From Gammaproteobacteria bacterium (lineage in GTDB: Bacteria > Pseudomonadota > Gammaproteobacteria > UBA5335 > SLRW01), in NCBI GenBank assembly GCA_035638695.1, contig DASQZM010000043.1, positions 22,795-86,794 of the forward strand: a stretch of 64,000 bases of DNA. Direction: 5' to 3'. Shown in pieces: positions 29,440 to 40,489 of this stretch. Below the pieces are notes generated by a model. The model did no database searches. It worked only from the letters and a program-made list of their open reading frames with translations, and was not told the origin of the DNA. The first letter of the stretch is position 1. Each line of letters starts with the position of its first letter. A program made the position numbers and the translations under genes.

Positions 29440-31872
29440 ATGCCCCTGCCCGAACCCCTGCCCATCACCCGCCTCTACCAGCGCTGCGATGTCGACGCGC
29501 TGGGCTTCGACACGACCGCCGAGCTGGCCGACCTGGAGGAGATCATTGGCCAGCAGCGGGCCATGGACGCGGTGCAGTTCGGTGTGCGCATGCCGGGAGA
29601 CGGCTACAACCTGTACGTGCTGGGCCCCGCCGAGACGGACAAGGAGTCCGTGGTCCGCAAGTTCCTGGAGCGCGAATCCGCCGGGCGGCAGGCGCCCGGG
29701 GACTGGACCTACCTCAACAACTTCTCCGATCCCAAGCAGCCGCGCGCGCTGGGTCTTCCCTCTGGCCGCGGCGCGCAGCTCCGCGCCGACATGCAGCACC
29801 TGGTGGAAGAGTTGAAGACCTCCATTCCGGCGGCATTCGAGACCGAGGACTACCGCAACCGGCGGGCCGAGATCGAAGAGGAGTTCAACGAGCACCAGCA
29901 ACGGGCGCTGCGCGAGGTCCAGGAGGCGGCGGAGAAGGAGCATATGACCCTGATCCAGACGCCGCATGGCTTCGCCATCGCGCCGACCCGCGACGGACAG
30001 GTGCTGCCGCAGAAGGAGTTCGAGCAGCTGCCGGACGAGGAGAAGCAGCGGATCGAGGGGACCATCGGCCGGCTGAGCGAGCTCCTGCGGCGCAATATCG
30101 AGCAGTTTCCGCGCTGGTTCAAGGAACGCAAGGAGCGCGAGAAGGCGTTGGACCGCGAGGTCACGATGTCGGTCGTGGGACTGCTGCTGCACGAGCTGCG
30201 CGAGCGCCACGGGGATTTGCCGGAAGTGCTGGCCTATCTCGACGAGGTCCAGACCGAGCTGGTCGACAGCGCCCAGGACTTCATGACTTCCGGCGAGGAA
30301 AGCAACCCCATGCTGGAGATGCTGGGGGGGGGCGGCCGGCGCTCGCTCAACCGGTTCAGCGTCAACCTGCTGGTAGACCGGTCCGGCGCGGCCGGCGCAC
30401 CGGTCGTGTACGAGCCCAATCCCAGCTACCAGAACCTCATGGGACGGGTCGAGCACCTCTCCCAGTTCGGCGCACTCACCACCGACTTCAGCATGATCCG
30501 CGCCGGCGCGCTGCACCGGGCCAACGGCGGCTACCTGATCCTCAACGTCGAGCGCGTGCTGACCCAGCCCTACGCCTGGGAGAGCCTCAAGCGCGCACTC
30601 TACGGCCAGGAGATCCGGATCGAGTCGCTGGGCCAGATGCTCAGCCTGGTGAGCACCGTATCGCTCGAGCCGCAGCCGGTCCCGCTGGAGGTCAAGGTCG
30701 TGCTGCTCGGCGACCGCCGCCTGTACTACCTGCTCTATGCGCTCGATCCCGATTTCGGCGAGCTGTTCAAGGTGGCGGCCGATTTCGAGGACGACATGGA
30801 TCGGACGCCCGAAGCCACCCGCGCCTACGGCAAGCTGATCGCGACCATGGCGCGGCACCTGGACCTGCGTCCCCTGCACCGCGATGCAGTGGCGCGGTTG
30901 ATCGAGCACAGCGCGCGCCTGACCGAAGACGCCCGCAAGCTCTCGATGCACACCGGCACCGTCCGGGACCTGCTGCGCGAGGCGGACCACTGGGCGGCGC
31001 AGGGCGAGCGGGACGTCGTCGGCGCCGGCGACGTGGCGAAGGCGATCGACATGCGGGTCGAGCGACTGGCCCGGGTACGCGACCGCGTCCGGGAGGCGAT
31101 CCGGCGCGGCACGCTGCTGATCGACACCGAGGGCAGCGCGGTGGGCCAGGTGAACGGCCTGTCGGTGATGCAGCTGGGCGATCTCACCTTCGGCCAGCCC
31201 TCGCGCATCACTGCCACCGCACGACTGGGCAGCGGCGAGGTCGTGGACATCGAGCGCGAGGCGAAGCTCGGCGGCCGGCTCCACTCCAAGGGCGTGCTGA
31301 TCCTGTCTTCGCTACTGGCCGCCCGTTATGCGTCGGACCGTCCGCTGTCCCTGGCCGCCAGCCTGGTGTTCGAGCAGTCCTACGGCGGCGTCGATGGCGA
31401 CAGCGCATCGGTGGGTGAATTCTGCGCCCTGCTCTCAGCCCTGTCCGGGCTGGCGCTGAAGCAATCACTGGCGATCACCGGCTCGGTCAACCAGCTTGGC
31501 CGTGTGCAGGCCATCGGCGGGGTCAACGAAAAGATCGAGGGCTTTTTCGACGTCTGCGCGGCCGGCGGACTGACCGGCGAGCAGGGCGTGCTGATCCCGG
31601 CCGACAACATCCAGCACCTGATGCTGCGGGCGGACGTGGTCGAGGCGGCCGGGGCGGAACGCTTCCGCATCTACCCGGTCACCACGGTGGACCAGGCGGT
31701 TGCGCTGCTGACCGGCGTCGAGGCCGGCGCCCGGGATGCTTCCGGCCGCTATCCGCCCGGTACCGTCAACGCCCGGGTCGAACGGCGCCTGCATGAGCTG
31801 GCCGAGAAGCGCAGGAAGTTCGGTGACCGGCACCCGCAGGCACGCGATGAACCGGAGGGTGACGAGGAATGA
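29440..31872 (+). CDS. Lon-like S16 protease with AAA-like domain carrying degenerate Walker motifs (YcbZ/LonC-like)
   Basis: 810 aa. The C-terminus FEQSYGGVDGDSASVGEFCALLSAL...IGGVNEKIEGFF carries the Ser-Lys dyad. The P-loop position reads GPAETDKES instead of GxxxxGK[ST]. The Walker B position reads GGYLILNVE. Confidence 0.85.
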   Translation: MPLPEPLPITRLYQRCDVDALGFDTTAELADLEEIIGQQRAMDAVQFGVRMPGDGYNLYVLGPAETDKESVVRKFLERESAGRQAPGDWTYLNNFSDPKQPRALGLPSGRGAQLRADMQHLVEELKTSIPAAFETEDYRNRRAEIEEEFNEHQQRALREVQEAAEKEHMTLIQTPHGFAIAPTRDGQVLPQKEFEQLPDEEKQRIEGTIGRLSELLRRNIEQFPRWFKERKEREKALDREVTMSVVGLLLHELRERHGDLPEVLAYLDEVQTELVDSAQDFMTSGEESNPMLEMLGGGGRRSLNRFSVNLLVDRSGAAGAPVVYEPNPSYQNLMGRVEHLSQFGALTTDFSMIRAGALHRANGGYLILNVERVLTQPYAWESLKRALYGQEIRIESLGQMLSLVSTVSLEPQPVPLEVKVVLLGDRRLYYLLYALDPDFGELFKVAADFEDDMDRTPEATRAYGKLIATMARHLDLRPLHRDAVARLIEHSARLTEDARKLSMHTGTVRDLLREADHWAAQGERDVVGAGDVAKAIDMRVERLARVRDRVREAIRRGTLLIDTEGSAVGQVNGLSVMQLGDLTFGQPSRITATARLGSGEVVDIEREAKLGGRLHSKGVLILSSLLAARYASDRPLSLAASLVFEQSYGGVDGDSASVGEFCALLSALSGLALKQSLAITGSVNQLGRVQAIGGVNEKIEGFFDVCAAGGLTGEQGVLIPADNIQHLMLRADVVEAAGAERFRIYPVTTVDQAVALLTGVEAGARDASGRYPPGTVNARVERRLHELAEKRRKFGDRHPQARDEPEGDEE

Positions 31873-32696
31873 GCAGCACCGATCCGACCCGGCCCGTGCT
31901 GAGAATCCTGGTCGCGCTTGATTCGTTGCCCGCGACCGGCTCCGGGCTCGACGCCCTGGCTGCCCTGACCGGCGGGATGGAGGCGGAGCTGCTGGGCCTG
32001 TTCGTGGAGGACGCGCGCCTGCTGGAGCTGGCCGCGCTGCCCTTTTCGCGCGAGGTGACCACGGGCAACGCCAGCCACCGCCAGCTCGATCCCGAGCGCC
32101 TGCAACGCCAGATGCGGGCCCAGGCGAGCCAGGCCAGGGAGCTGCTGGTGCGCAGCGCCACGCGCCTGCGCGCCCAGCACAGCTTTCGCGTGGCGCGCGG
32201 CGAGATCGTGCAGGAGCTGCTGGAAGCGTCCCGCCAGGCGGACACGGTGGTGGTCGGCCTGCGCCGCTGGAGCGCCCCCGGCGTGCAGCAACTTGTGAAC
32301 GAGTCCGCCCGGACCGTGCTGCTGCTGCGCGACGGGTGGGGCTCCGGACGCTCGGTGGTCGTGCTCTACGAGGACACACCCGCCGCCCGCTCCGCCCTGC
32401 TCACCGCCGCGCGCGTGGCCCGGGCCGAAGGTCTGGAGCTCTGCGTGCTGGTGCCACAACGCACGGGCCACGGGCCCGACAGGACTGAACGGGAGATCGC
32501 AGAGCAGCTGCGGGGCCACGCCCGTTCGGTCCGCTTCCGCCCGATCACCGCGGTTGACGCCGCCCTGATCGGCGATCTCGCCCGCGCCGAAGGCGCCCGC
32601 CTCCTGGTGCTCCCCGCCGACGCCATGCGCATGGACCGGCACGAGCTGCAGGCGTTGATGGATCGGGGGAGATGCTCCCTGGCCTTTGCGCGGTGA
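31869..32696 (+). CDS. Hypothetical protein, tandem USP-like (universal-stress-fold) halves, translationally coupled to Lon-like protease
   Basis: The ATG at 31869 overlaps the upstream stop (ATGA). There are two halves with a beta-alpha pattern (RILVALD...ADTVVVG...VLLLR and SVVVLYED...ARLLVLP). No G-x2-G-x9-G[ST] ATP motif was seen. Fold call is by eye. Confidence 0.55.
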   Translation: MSSTDPTRPVLRILVALDSLPATGSGLDALAALTGGMEAELLGLFVEDARLLELAALPFSREVTTGNASHRQLDPERLQRQMRAQASQARELLVRSATRLRAQHSFRVARGEIVQELLEASRQADTVVVGLRRWSAPGVQQLVNESARTVLLLRDGWGSGRSVVVLYEDTPAARSALLTAARVARAEGLELCVLVPQRTGHGPDRTEREIAEQLRGHARSVRFRPITAVDAALIGDLARAEGARLLVLPADAMRMDRHELQALMDRGRCSLAFAR

Positions 32697-32713
32697 CGCG
32701 CAAACGCCAGGGA
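32676..32713 (+). terminator. Long hairpin spanning the stop codon of the USP-like gene (probable terminator)
   Basis: TCCCTGGCCTTTGCGCG-gtga-CGCGCAAACGCCAGGGA (one mismatch), followed by the T-rich GTTTCAAGTATT. Confidence 0.5.
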
Positions 32714-32716
32714 GCA

Positions 32717-32880
32717 GTTTCAAGTATTAAGTGTTAAGCAAAGAGCGTGCCGGATCCCGGCGGCAGGGTTTTATGCAGCGAGCGCATTCCGAAAGCCTGC
32801 CAGAGGAGGAACCTGCGCTGACCGACAAGCACGCCCCCATAATGTCTTTCGGGCTTTCCTTAAAACTTAACACTTAAAAC
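32717..32880. repeat. 164-bp MITE-like element: 22-bp imperfect terminal inverted repeats made of three CTTAAnn heptads each
   Basis: The left arm GTTTCAAGTATTAAGTGTTAAG (32717-32738) is the reverse complement of CTTAACACTTAATACTTGAAAC. The right arm CTTAAAACTTAACACTTAAAAC (32859-32880) matches it at 19/22. A 12-bp perfect inverted repeat TTAAGTGTTAAG/CTTAACACTTAA appears at a 7-nt register shift. GCA flanks both ends. It is an AT-rich island in a GC-rich genome. Confidence 0.45.
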
Positions 32881-32899
32881 GCAAATGCCTCCGCATTTG
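32881..32899 (-). terminator. Probable rho-independent terminator of alkA-like gene
   Basis: The minus-strand transcript reads CAAAUGC-ggag-GCAUUUG followed by CGUUUUAAGUGUU. It lies 38 nt after the stop at 32937. Confidence 0.55.
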
Positions 32900-32936
32900 G
32901 GCGCCCCCTGTCTGCGCCCACTCCGCTCCCGCCCGA

Positions 32937-33596
32937 TCAGGACCACGTATCCGGCCCTCCGCCCTCCGCCGCCCGCCACAGATACCACGCGGCCGCCGAC
33001 CGGTAGGGCCGCCAGCGCTCGCCGTGAGACCCCAGCTCGCCGGGCGTGGGAAGGGCGTCCAGCCCGCGGAGGTTGCGGAAGCCCTTGCGCACCCCGAGGT
33101 CGCGGACCGGCAGGACGTCCGGGCGTCCGAGATCGAAGATCAGCAGCATTTCCACCGTCCAACGGCCGATACCGCGGATGGTGCACAGGCGCCGGATGAT
33201 CTCCTCGTCCGGCATCGCGCTCAGGGCATCGGCATGGGGCAGCGTACCATCCTGCGCGGCGCGGGCGAGGTCGCGCAGGGCGGCCAGCTTGTTGCGGGAC
33301 AGGCCTGCCCGGCGCAGCGCGTCGTCGGCCACCCTGGCGAGGGCCGCGGGATCCGGCCCGGCGTCGCCCAACAGGGCCAGCACACGCGCGTGAATCACGC
33401 CCGCGGCGCTGCCGGCCAGCTGCTGGTAAACGACCGCGCGCAGCAGGGCGCGGAAGGGCTCCGGCCGCTGCGGGGGCGCGAGCCGCAACGGGCCCACACG
33501 CTCAATCAGCGCCGCGAGCTCCGGGTCCGCCGCGCCCAGGTGCCGCACGGCCCCGGACGGCTCGTAGCCCGATTCTTTGCCCCGCTGAGTATCCAC
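32937..33596 (-). CDS. DNA-3-methyladenine glycosylase II-like (HhH-GPD superfamily)
   Basis: 219 aa: LSRNKLAALRDLA...IRGIGRWTVEMLLIFDLGRPDVLPVRDLGVRKG (HhH-GPD with catalytic Asp). GTG start. Confidence 0.85.
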   Translation of the reverse strand: MDTQRGKESGYEPSGAVRHLGAADPELAALIERVGPLRLAPPQRPEPFRALLRAVVYQQLAGSAAGVIHARVLALLGDAGPDPAALARVADDALRRAGLSRNKLAALRDLARAAQDGTLPHADALSAMPDEEIIRRLCTIRGIGRWTVEMLLIFDLGRPDVLPVRDLGVRKGFRNLRGLDALPTPGELGSHGERWRPYRSAAAWYLWRAAEGGGPDTWS

Positions 33597-33779
33597 TCCG
33601 GCGAGGGTACACGACCAATCTTCCCGAGGGTATTGTTAGGTTTCAGCGGCTCCGGGAGCCGCCGTGCGCTCCGCCGACGGTGTTGCGCTCGCTCGACGCA
33701 GCACTACCGCGCCTGGCCGGCGCAGCGCACGACGGCTCTGAGAGCTGACAATACCCTTGAGCAGATTGGTAGCGCGGTG

Positions 33780-34115
33780 ATGAGTCCACTGTCCTTCCTG
33801 CTGGCGCTGGGCGTGTTGGTATGGATCTGGGTTGCTGCGCTGCGCGCCCGCGAGACGGCGCTGGCCGCCTGTCGCCGGGCGTGCCGGGAGGTCGACGTGG
33901 AGCTGCTCGACCACACCGTGGCCCTGGCCCGGCTGGCCCCGGGGCGCGCGGCATCGGGTCGGCTGCACCTGCGGCGCACCTACGCGTTCGAGTTCACCAC
34001 CGACGATGAGCTGCGCCACCGCGGGCGCATCCGGATGCTCGGCAACCGCATTCTCAGCGTGCAGATGGACCATCCCGGCGGCACCACCCTGGTCCGCCAT
34101 CCCGACGACGCCTGA
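33780..34115 (+). CDS. DUF3301-like small membrane-anchored protein
   Basis: ATG at 33780 inside the long shadow ORF 33024..34115. N-terminal TM helix (SPLSFLLALGVLVWIWVAAL), then RETALAACRRACREVDVELLDHTVAL...YAFEFT. Confidence 0.65.
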   Translation: MSPLSFLLALGVLVWIWVAALRARETALAACRRACREVDVELLDHTVALARLAPGRAASGRLHLRRTYAFEFTTDDELRHRGRIRMLGNRILSVQMDHPGGTTLVRHPDDA

Positions 34116-34127
34116 AGCCGCCGGCCG

Positions 34128-35329
34128 CTACTCGTGGCGCAGGGCCTCGATGGGGTCGAGCCGGGCCGCCTTGCGGGCGGGAAAGTAACCGAACACCACC
34201 CCGATCACCCCGGCGAAGCCGAATGCGATGCCCATGATCGGCACGTCGGGTATGAACGGCACGTGCACCAGTCGGGCGGCGGCCAGTGAGCATCCCAGGC
34301 CCAGCGCGACGCCGGCCACTCCGCCCAGAAGTGAAAGCAGCACTGCCTCGACCAGGAACTGCAGGAGCACCTCGCGCTCGCGGGCCCCGACGGCCAGACG
34401 GATACCGATCTCCCGGGTCCGCTCGGTCACGGACACCAGCATGATGTTCATGATACCGATGCCGCCGACTACCAGGCTCACCGCCGCGATCGCCCCGAGC
34501 AGGGTGGTGAGAACGCCGGTGGCCGTTTCCAGCACGCTCACGATCTCCTTCATGTCGCGCACGGTGAAATCGTCCTCGGCTGCCTGCGGAATATGGCGGC
34601 GCTCGCGCATGAGCTGCGTGACCCGCCGCTGGATGTCCCGGGTGTCCCCGCTGTAGCGGGCCGAGAGGAAGATCACCCCGACGTCGCGGTTGCCGGCGAT
34701 GCGGCGGTGGAAGGCGCGGATCGGGACCAGCACGAGATCGTCCTGGTCGGTGCCGAAGGACGACTGCCCCTTCGCCTCCAGCACGCCGATCACCCGGCAG
34801 GGTATCTTGCCCAGGCGCATGACCGCGTCCAGCGGGTCCTGGGCGCCGAAAAGCTCCCTCTTTACCGTGGCCCCCAGCAGGCACGCCATCCGCCCCGCGC
34901 GCAGCTCGGCGGTGTCGAAGCCCCGTCCGGCAGAGAGTGACCAGTCCCGCACCCGGAGGTAGGCGTCGTCGGTACCGGTCACGGTGGTGGGCCAGTTGCG
35001 GTTGGCGTAGACCGCCAGGGTGGGCCGGCTCGCCGCCGGCGCCAGCGCGGCCAGACCCGGAATCTCGCGCTGGATCGCGGTGACGTCCGCCATGTCCAGC
35101 GCAGGTGCGCTGGTCATCGCAGGGCCGTGACGGCTCGCGCCCGGCACCAGCACCAGCATGTTACGTCCCAGCGAGGCGATCTCGCCGGTCACGCGCGCGG
35201 TGGCGCCGCCGCCCAGGGTCACCATGGTGATCACCGCGGCGACCCCGATGATGATGCCGAGCATGGTGAGCGCCGAGCGCATCGCGTGGCGGCGTACCTC
35301 GCGCAGCGCCATCAGCAGCATGTTGCCGA

Positions 35330-35333
<4 letters not shown>
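34128..35333 (-). CDS. MacB-type ABC transporter permease (FtsX family)
   Basis: 401 aa: ALREVRRHAMRSALTMLGIIIGVAAVITMVTLG, a periplasmic core and three C-terminal TM helices. Confidence 0.88.
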
Positions 35334-36039
<706 letters not shown>

Positions 36040-36043
<4 letters not shown>

Positions 36044-37254
36044 GACGATGGCCGTTCCCGGCGGGTGTCGACGATGACCCGCTCGCCGGGACGCAGGTCG
36101 CCTTCCAGCACCACCGTGTCCCGTCCGTCGCTCAGCCCGGTACGGAGCTTGACCGGCTCGGGCCGGGCATCCCGCAGGATCCATACCCGCTCGCCGCTTT
36201 CGCCGGGGCCGGCGCCGTGACCGGGAGGGGTGTACCGCAGCGCACTGTTGGGAACCAGCAGCGCGTCGTGGCGGGTCGCGGTGGTGATCTCCGCGGTCGC
36301 GGTCATGCCGGGGCGCAGCAGCATGGCCGAGTTGTCGACCGTTAGCACCCCTTCGTAGCTGACCACGCCCTGGACCGTGCGAGCGGCGTTGTGGATCGAG
36401 ACCAGCTCGGCGGGAAAGCTGCGTCCCGGGTAGGCGTCCACCGTGAAGACGGCGTGCTGGCCCGCCTTTACCGCGCCGACGTCGGCCTCATCGATGTCCA
36501 CGTGCAGCTCCATCTTCGAGAGATCCTGTGCCAGCACGAACAGCACCGGTGTCTGGAAGCTGGCGGCAACCGTCTGCCCCGGCTCGACGTCGCGCGAGAT
36601 GACCACGCCGTCAATGGGGGCACGGATCTCCGCCTTGGAAAGGGTGGTGCGAGCGGCCTCCAGGGCAGCCCGCGCGACCGTCACCTGGGCCTGCGCCACG
36701 TCCACGGCTGCCACCGTACGCTCGCGTTGCGCCCGCGCCGCCTCGAGGTTCTGCTGCGAGGTCGCACGGGTGCGCAACAGCTTCCGCGTGCGACGCCAGG
36801 CGAGCTCCGCCTCGCGGGCGCTCGCGCGGGCCTCGGTCAGGGCCGCGCGGGCCGAGGCCAGGCTCGCCTGCGCCTGGCGCACCTGCGCCTCGAGCTGCTC
36901 GGTGTCGAGCCGTGCCAGCACCTGCCCCTTGTGCACATGGTCGTTATAATCGGCGTCGACCGCCGCGATACGCCCCGAGATCTCGGCTCCCACCTGCACC
37001 TCGTTGACCGGCGCCAGCGTTCCGGTGGCGGTGACTCTCGCCGTGAGGTCCGCGCGGCGGACCGCCACGGTCTGATAATCCGGCCCCGGGGCGGGGTGCA
37101 GCCACCACGCCACCGCCGCCCCGGCCGCGAGCAGCGGCACCAGGACCGTGAGGGTGACGAAGAGCCACCGGCGCCGGCTGTCGCCGCGGTCGAGGCCCAG
37201 CGTCTGCTCGATGTCGGGATCCCGGCTTTCGGGAAGGTCGGGCATGCGGATCAT
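36040..37254 (-). CDS. HlyD/MacA-type periplasmic adaptor (membrane fusion protein)
   Basis: 404 aa with an N-terminal TM helix, a long coiled-coil (QLEAQVRQAQASLASARAAL...), and beta-barrel/lipoyl segments. Confidence 0.88.
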
Positions 37255-37381
37255 CCTCGCTCTTGCGACGTCATGCCCACTCTAAGGTCGGCCGCCTCGC
37301 CGGGGCTTGATCCCCATCAGCCCCGTCCGCCGGCGGGTCGATATGCTGGTTCAAGGCCCGGCTGATGAACGGATCGCCCGC

Positions 37382-38115
<734 letters not shown>

Positions 38116-38119
<4 letters not shown>

Positions 38120-40485
38120 CCCGCGCACTGGATCGCAAACTGCTGCGCGACCTGTGGCGGCTGCGCGCCCAGGGAGTCGCGATCGCGCTGGTGATCGCCG
38201 GCGGCGTGGCAACCTACCTCATGGCCGCGAGCACCCTGGACTCGCTGCAGCGGACCGAGGGCCGGTTCTACCGGGAGTACCGTTTCGGCGAGGTGTTTGC
38301 CTCGCTCAAGCGCGCCCCGGAATCCGTCGCCGCGCAGATCCGGGCGATTCCGGGCACGGCCCGCGTGGAGACGCGGGTTCTCGGCCAGGCACGCCTGCAG
38401 CTGCCGGGCTTCCCCGATCCGGTCACCGCCGTGGTGGTTTCGATCCCCGACCGGGGTCAGCCGGCGCTCAACCGGCTCTACCTGCGCTCGGGCCGGCTGC
38501 CCCGGCCGGACGCCGGACGCGCCGAGGCGCTGGTCAGCGAGGCTTTCGCCGAGGCGCATAGACTGCGCCCCGGCGACGTTCTGCGGGCCGTGATCAACGG
38601 GCGCAGCGAACGGCTCCGGATCTGCGGCATCGCGCTGTCGCCGGAGTTCATCTACCAGATGCGTCCCGGCGACATGTTCCCGGACTACCGGCGCTACGGC
38701 GTGCTGTGGATGGCACGGACGCCGCTGGCGAACGTCTACGGCATGGACGGTGCATTCAACGACGTCGTGCTCGGGCTGGCGCCCCGAGCCGACGCCGCGC
38801 CGGTAATCAAGCGTCTGGACAGCGTGCTCGCGCTCTACGGCGGGCTCGGCGCCTACGACCGGGAAGACCAGTTCTCCCACCACTACCTGAGCCAGGAGCT
38901 GCAGCAGCTGCGCACCATCGCGACGCTGCTGCCCGGGATCTTCCTGGCGGTGGCCGCGTTCCTGCTGAACATCGTGATGTCGCGGCTGATCCGGACCCAG
39001 CGCGGGCAGATCGGCGTGCTCAAGGCCTTCGGCTACGGCCCTCGAGCCATCGCGCTGCACTACGTGATGCTGGCGTCGGTCATCGCACTGGCCGGCATCG
39101 GTCTCGGGATCGCCGCCGGCGCGTGGCTCGGGCACGTGGTCAGCGACATCTACCGCGGGTTCTTCCGCTTCCCGTTCCTGGACTACCGGCTGGCCCCGGG
39201 GGTGGTCGGCGAGGCGGTGGCAATCACCGGGATGGCGGCGCTGGCCGGCACCCTGTTCGCGGTGCGTCGGGCATCGCGGCTGCCGCCGGCGGCCGCGATG
39301 CAGCCCGAGCCTCCGCCGGTCTATCGCCGCACCCTGCTCGAGCGGCTGGGACTGCAACGCCTGTTCGACCAGCCCACGCGCATGGTGGTCCGCCACCTCG
39401 AGCGCGAGCCGGTGAAATCCCTGCTGTCGGTGACCGGGATCGCCTTCGCCGTGGCGATCATGATGGTCGGCCGATTCCAGACCGATGTGCTTACCCACAT
39501 CACCGAGGTCCAGTTCAAGCGCATCCAGAACCAGGATCTGACCGTGACCTTCCGCGACCCCGCGTCCCGCAGAGCCCTGTACGAGCTGCGCGGGCTGCCC
39601 GGGGTGCGATGGGCGGAGCCGTTCCGGGTAGTCTCGGTGCGCTTCCGGCACGGTCCCTATACCTACCGCGGCGGGATCCAGGCTTACGCACCCGGGAGCC
39701 GGCTGCACCACCTTCTCGACGCCGACCTGCGCCCCGTGACGCTGCCGCCGGACGGGCTGCTGATGACCGACTACCTGGCGGAGATGCTGCACACGCGGCC
39801 CGGTCAGGAGGTCGCCGTGGAGGTGCTGGAGGGGCGCCGCCGGGTCCTGCGACTGCCGCTCGTGGGCGTGGTGGGCGAACACCTGGGCGTGAGCGGCTAC
39901 ATGCGGCTTTCGGCCCTGAACCGTGCGCTGGGGGATGGCGACGTGGCCTCCGGTGCCCTGGTTGCAGGCGGGCCGGGCGAGCGCGCGGCGCTGTACCGGC
40001 GCCTGCGTGAGATGCCCGCGGTCGCCGGCGTGACGCTGCGCGAGGCCGCGATCGAGAGCTTTCACGCGACCATGGGCGAGACCCTGCTGATCTTCACCTT
40101 CATCACCACGCTGCTGGCGGCGGTGATCGCCTTCGGCGTGGTCTACAACAGCGCCCGGATCACACTGGTCGAGCGCACGCGGGAGCTCGCGAGCCTGCGC
40201 ATCCTGGGCTTCGCGCGGGCCGAGGCCGCCTACATCCTGGTGGGAGAGCTGGCGCTGATCACCCTCACCGCCCTGGTGCCGGGATTCCTCGTGGGCCGCG
40301 CGCTGTGCTTCCTGCTGTCCCACGGCATGCGCTCCGAGCTCTACCGGGTGCCGCTGGTGATCGCGCCGCGCACCTATGCCTTCGCGGCGATCGTGGTAAT
40401 GGCCGCCATGGCCCTGTCGGCCCTCTTGGTGTGGCGGCGTGTCGCGCGCCTGGACCTGGTCCGCGCGCTCAAGACGAGGGAGTAG
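38116..40485 (+). CDS. Large ABC transporter permease with duplicated FtsX/MacB-like modules (789 aa)
   Basis: The GTG overlaps the ATPase stop (GTGA). [29 protein letters not shown]-terminus. Two blocks of 4 TM helices separated by soluble domains. Confidence 0.88.
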
Positions 40486-40489
40486 GCCC

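Noticed and set aside
32727-32840. 37-codon minus-strand ORF (MGACLSVSAGSSSGRLSECARCIKPCRRDPARSLLNT) inside the MITE-like element core
   Set aside because: The ribosome-binding context is weak, it ends inside the inverted repeat, and there is no family resemblance. It is more likely non-coding.
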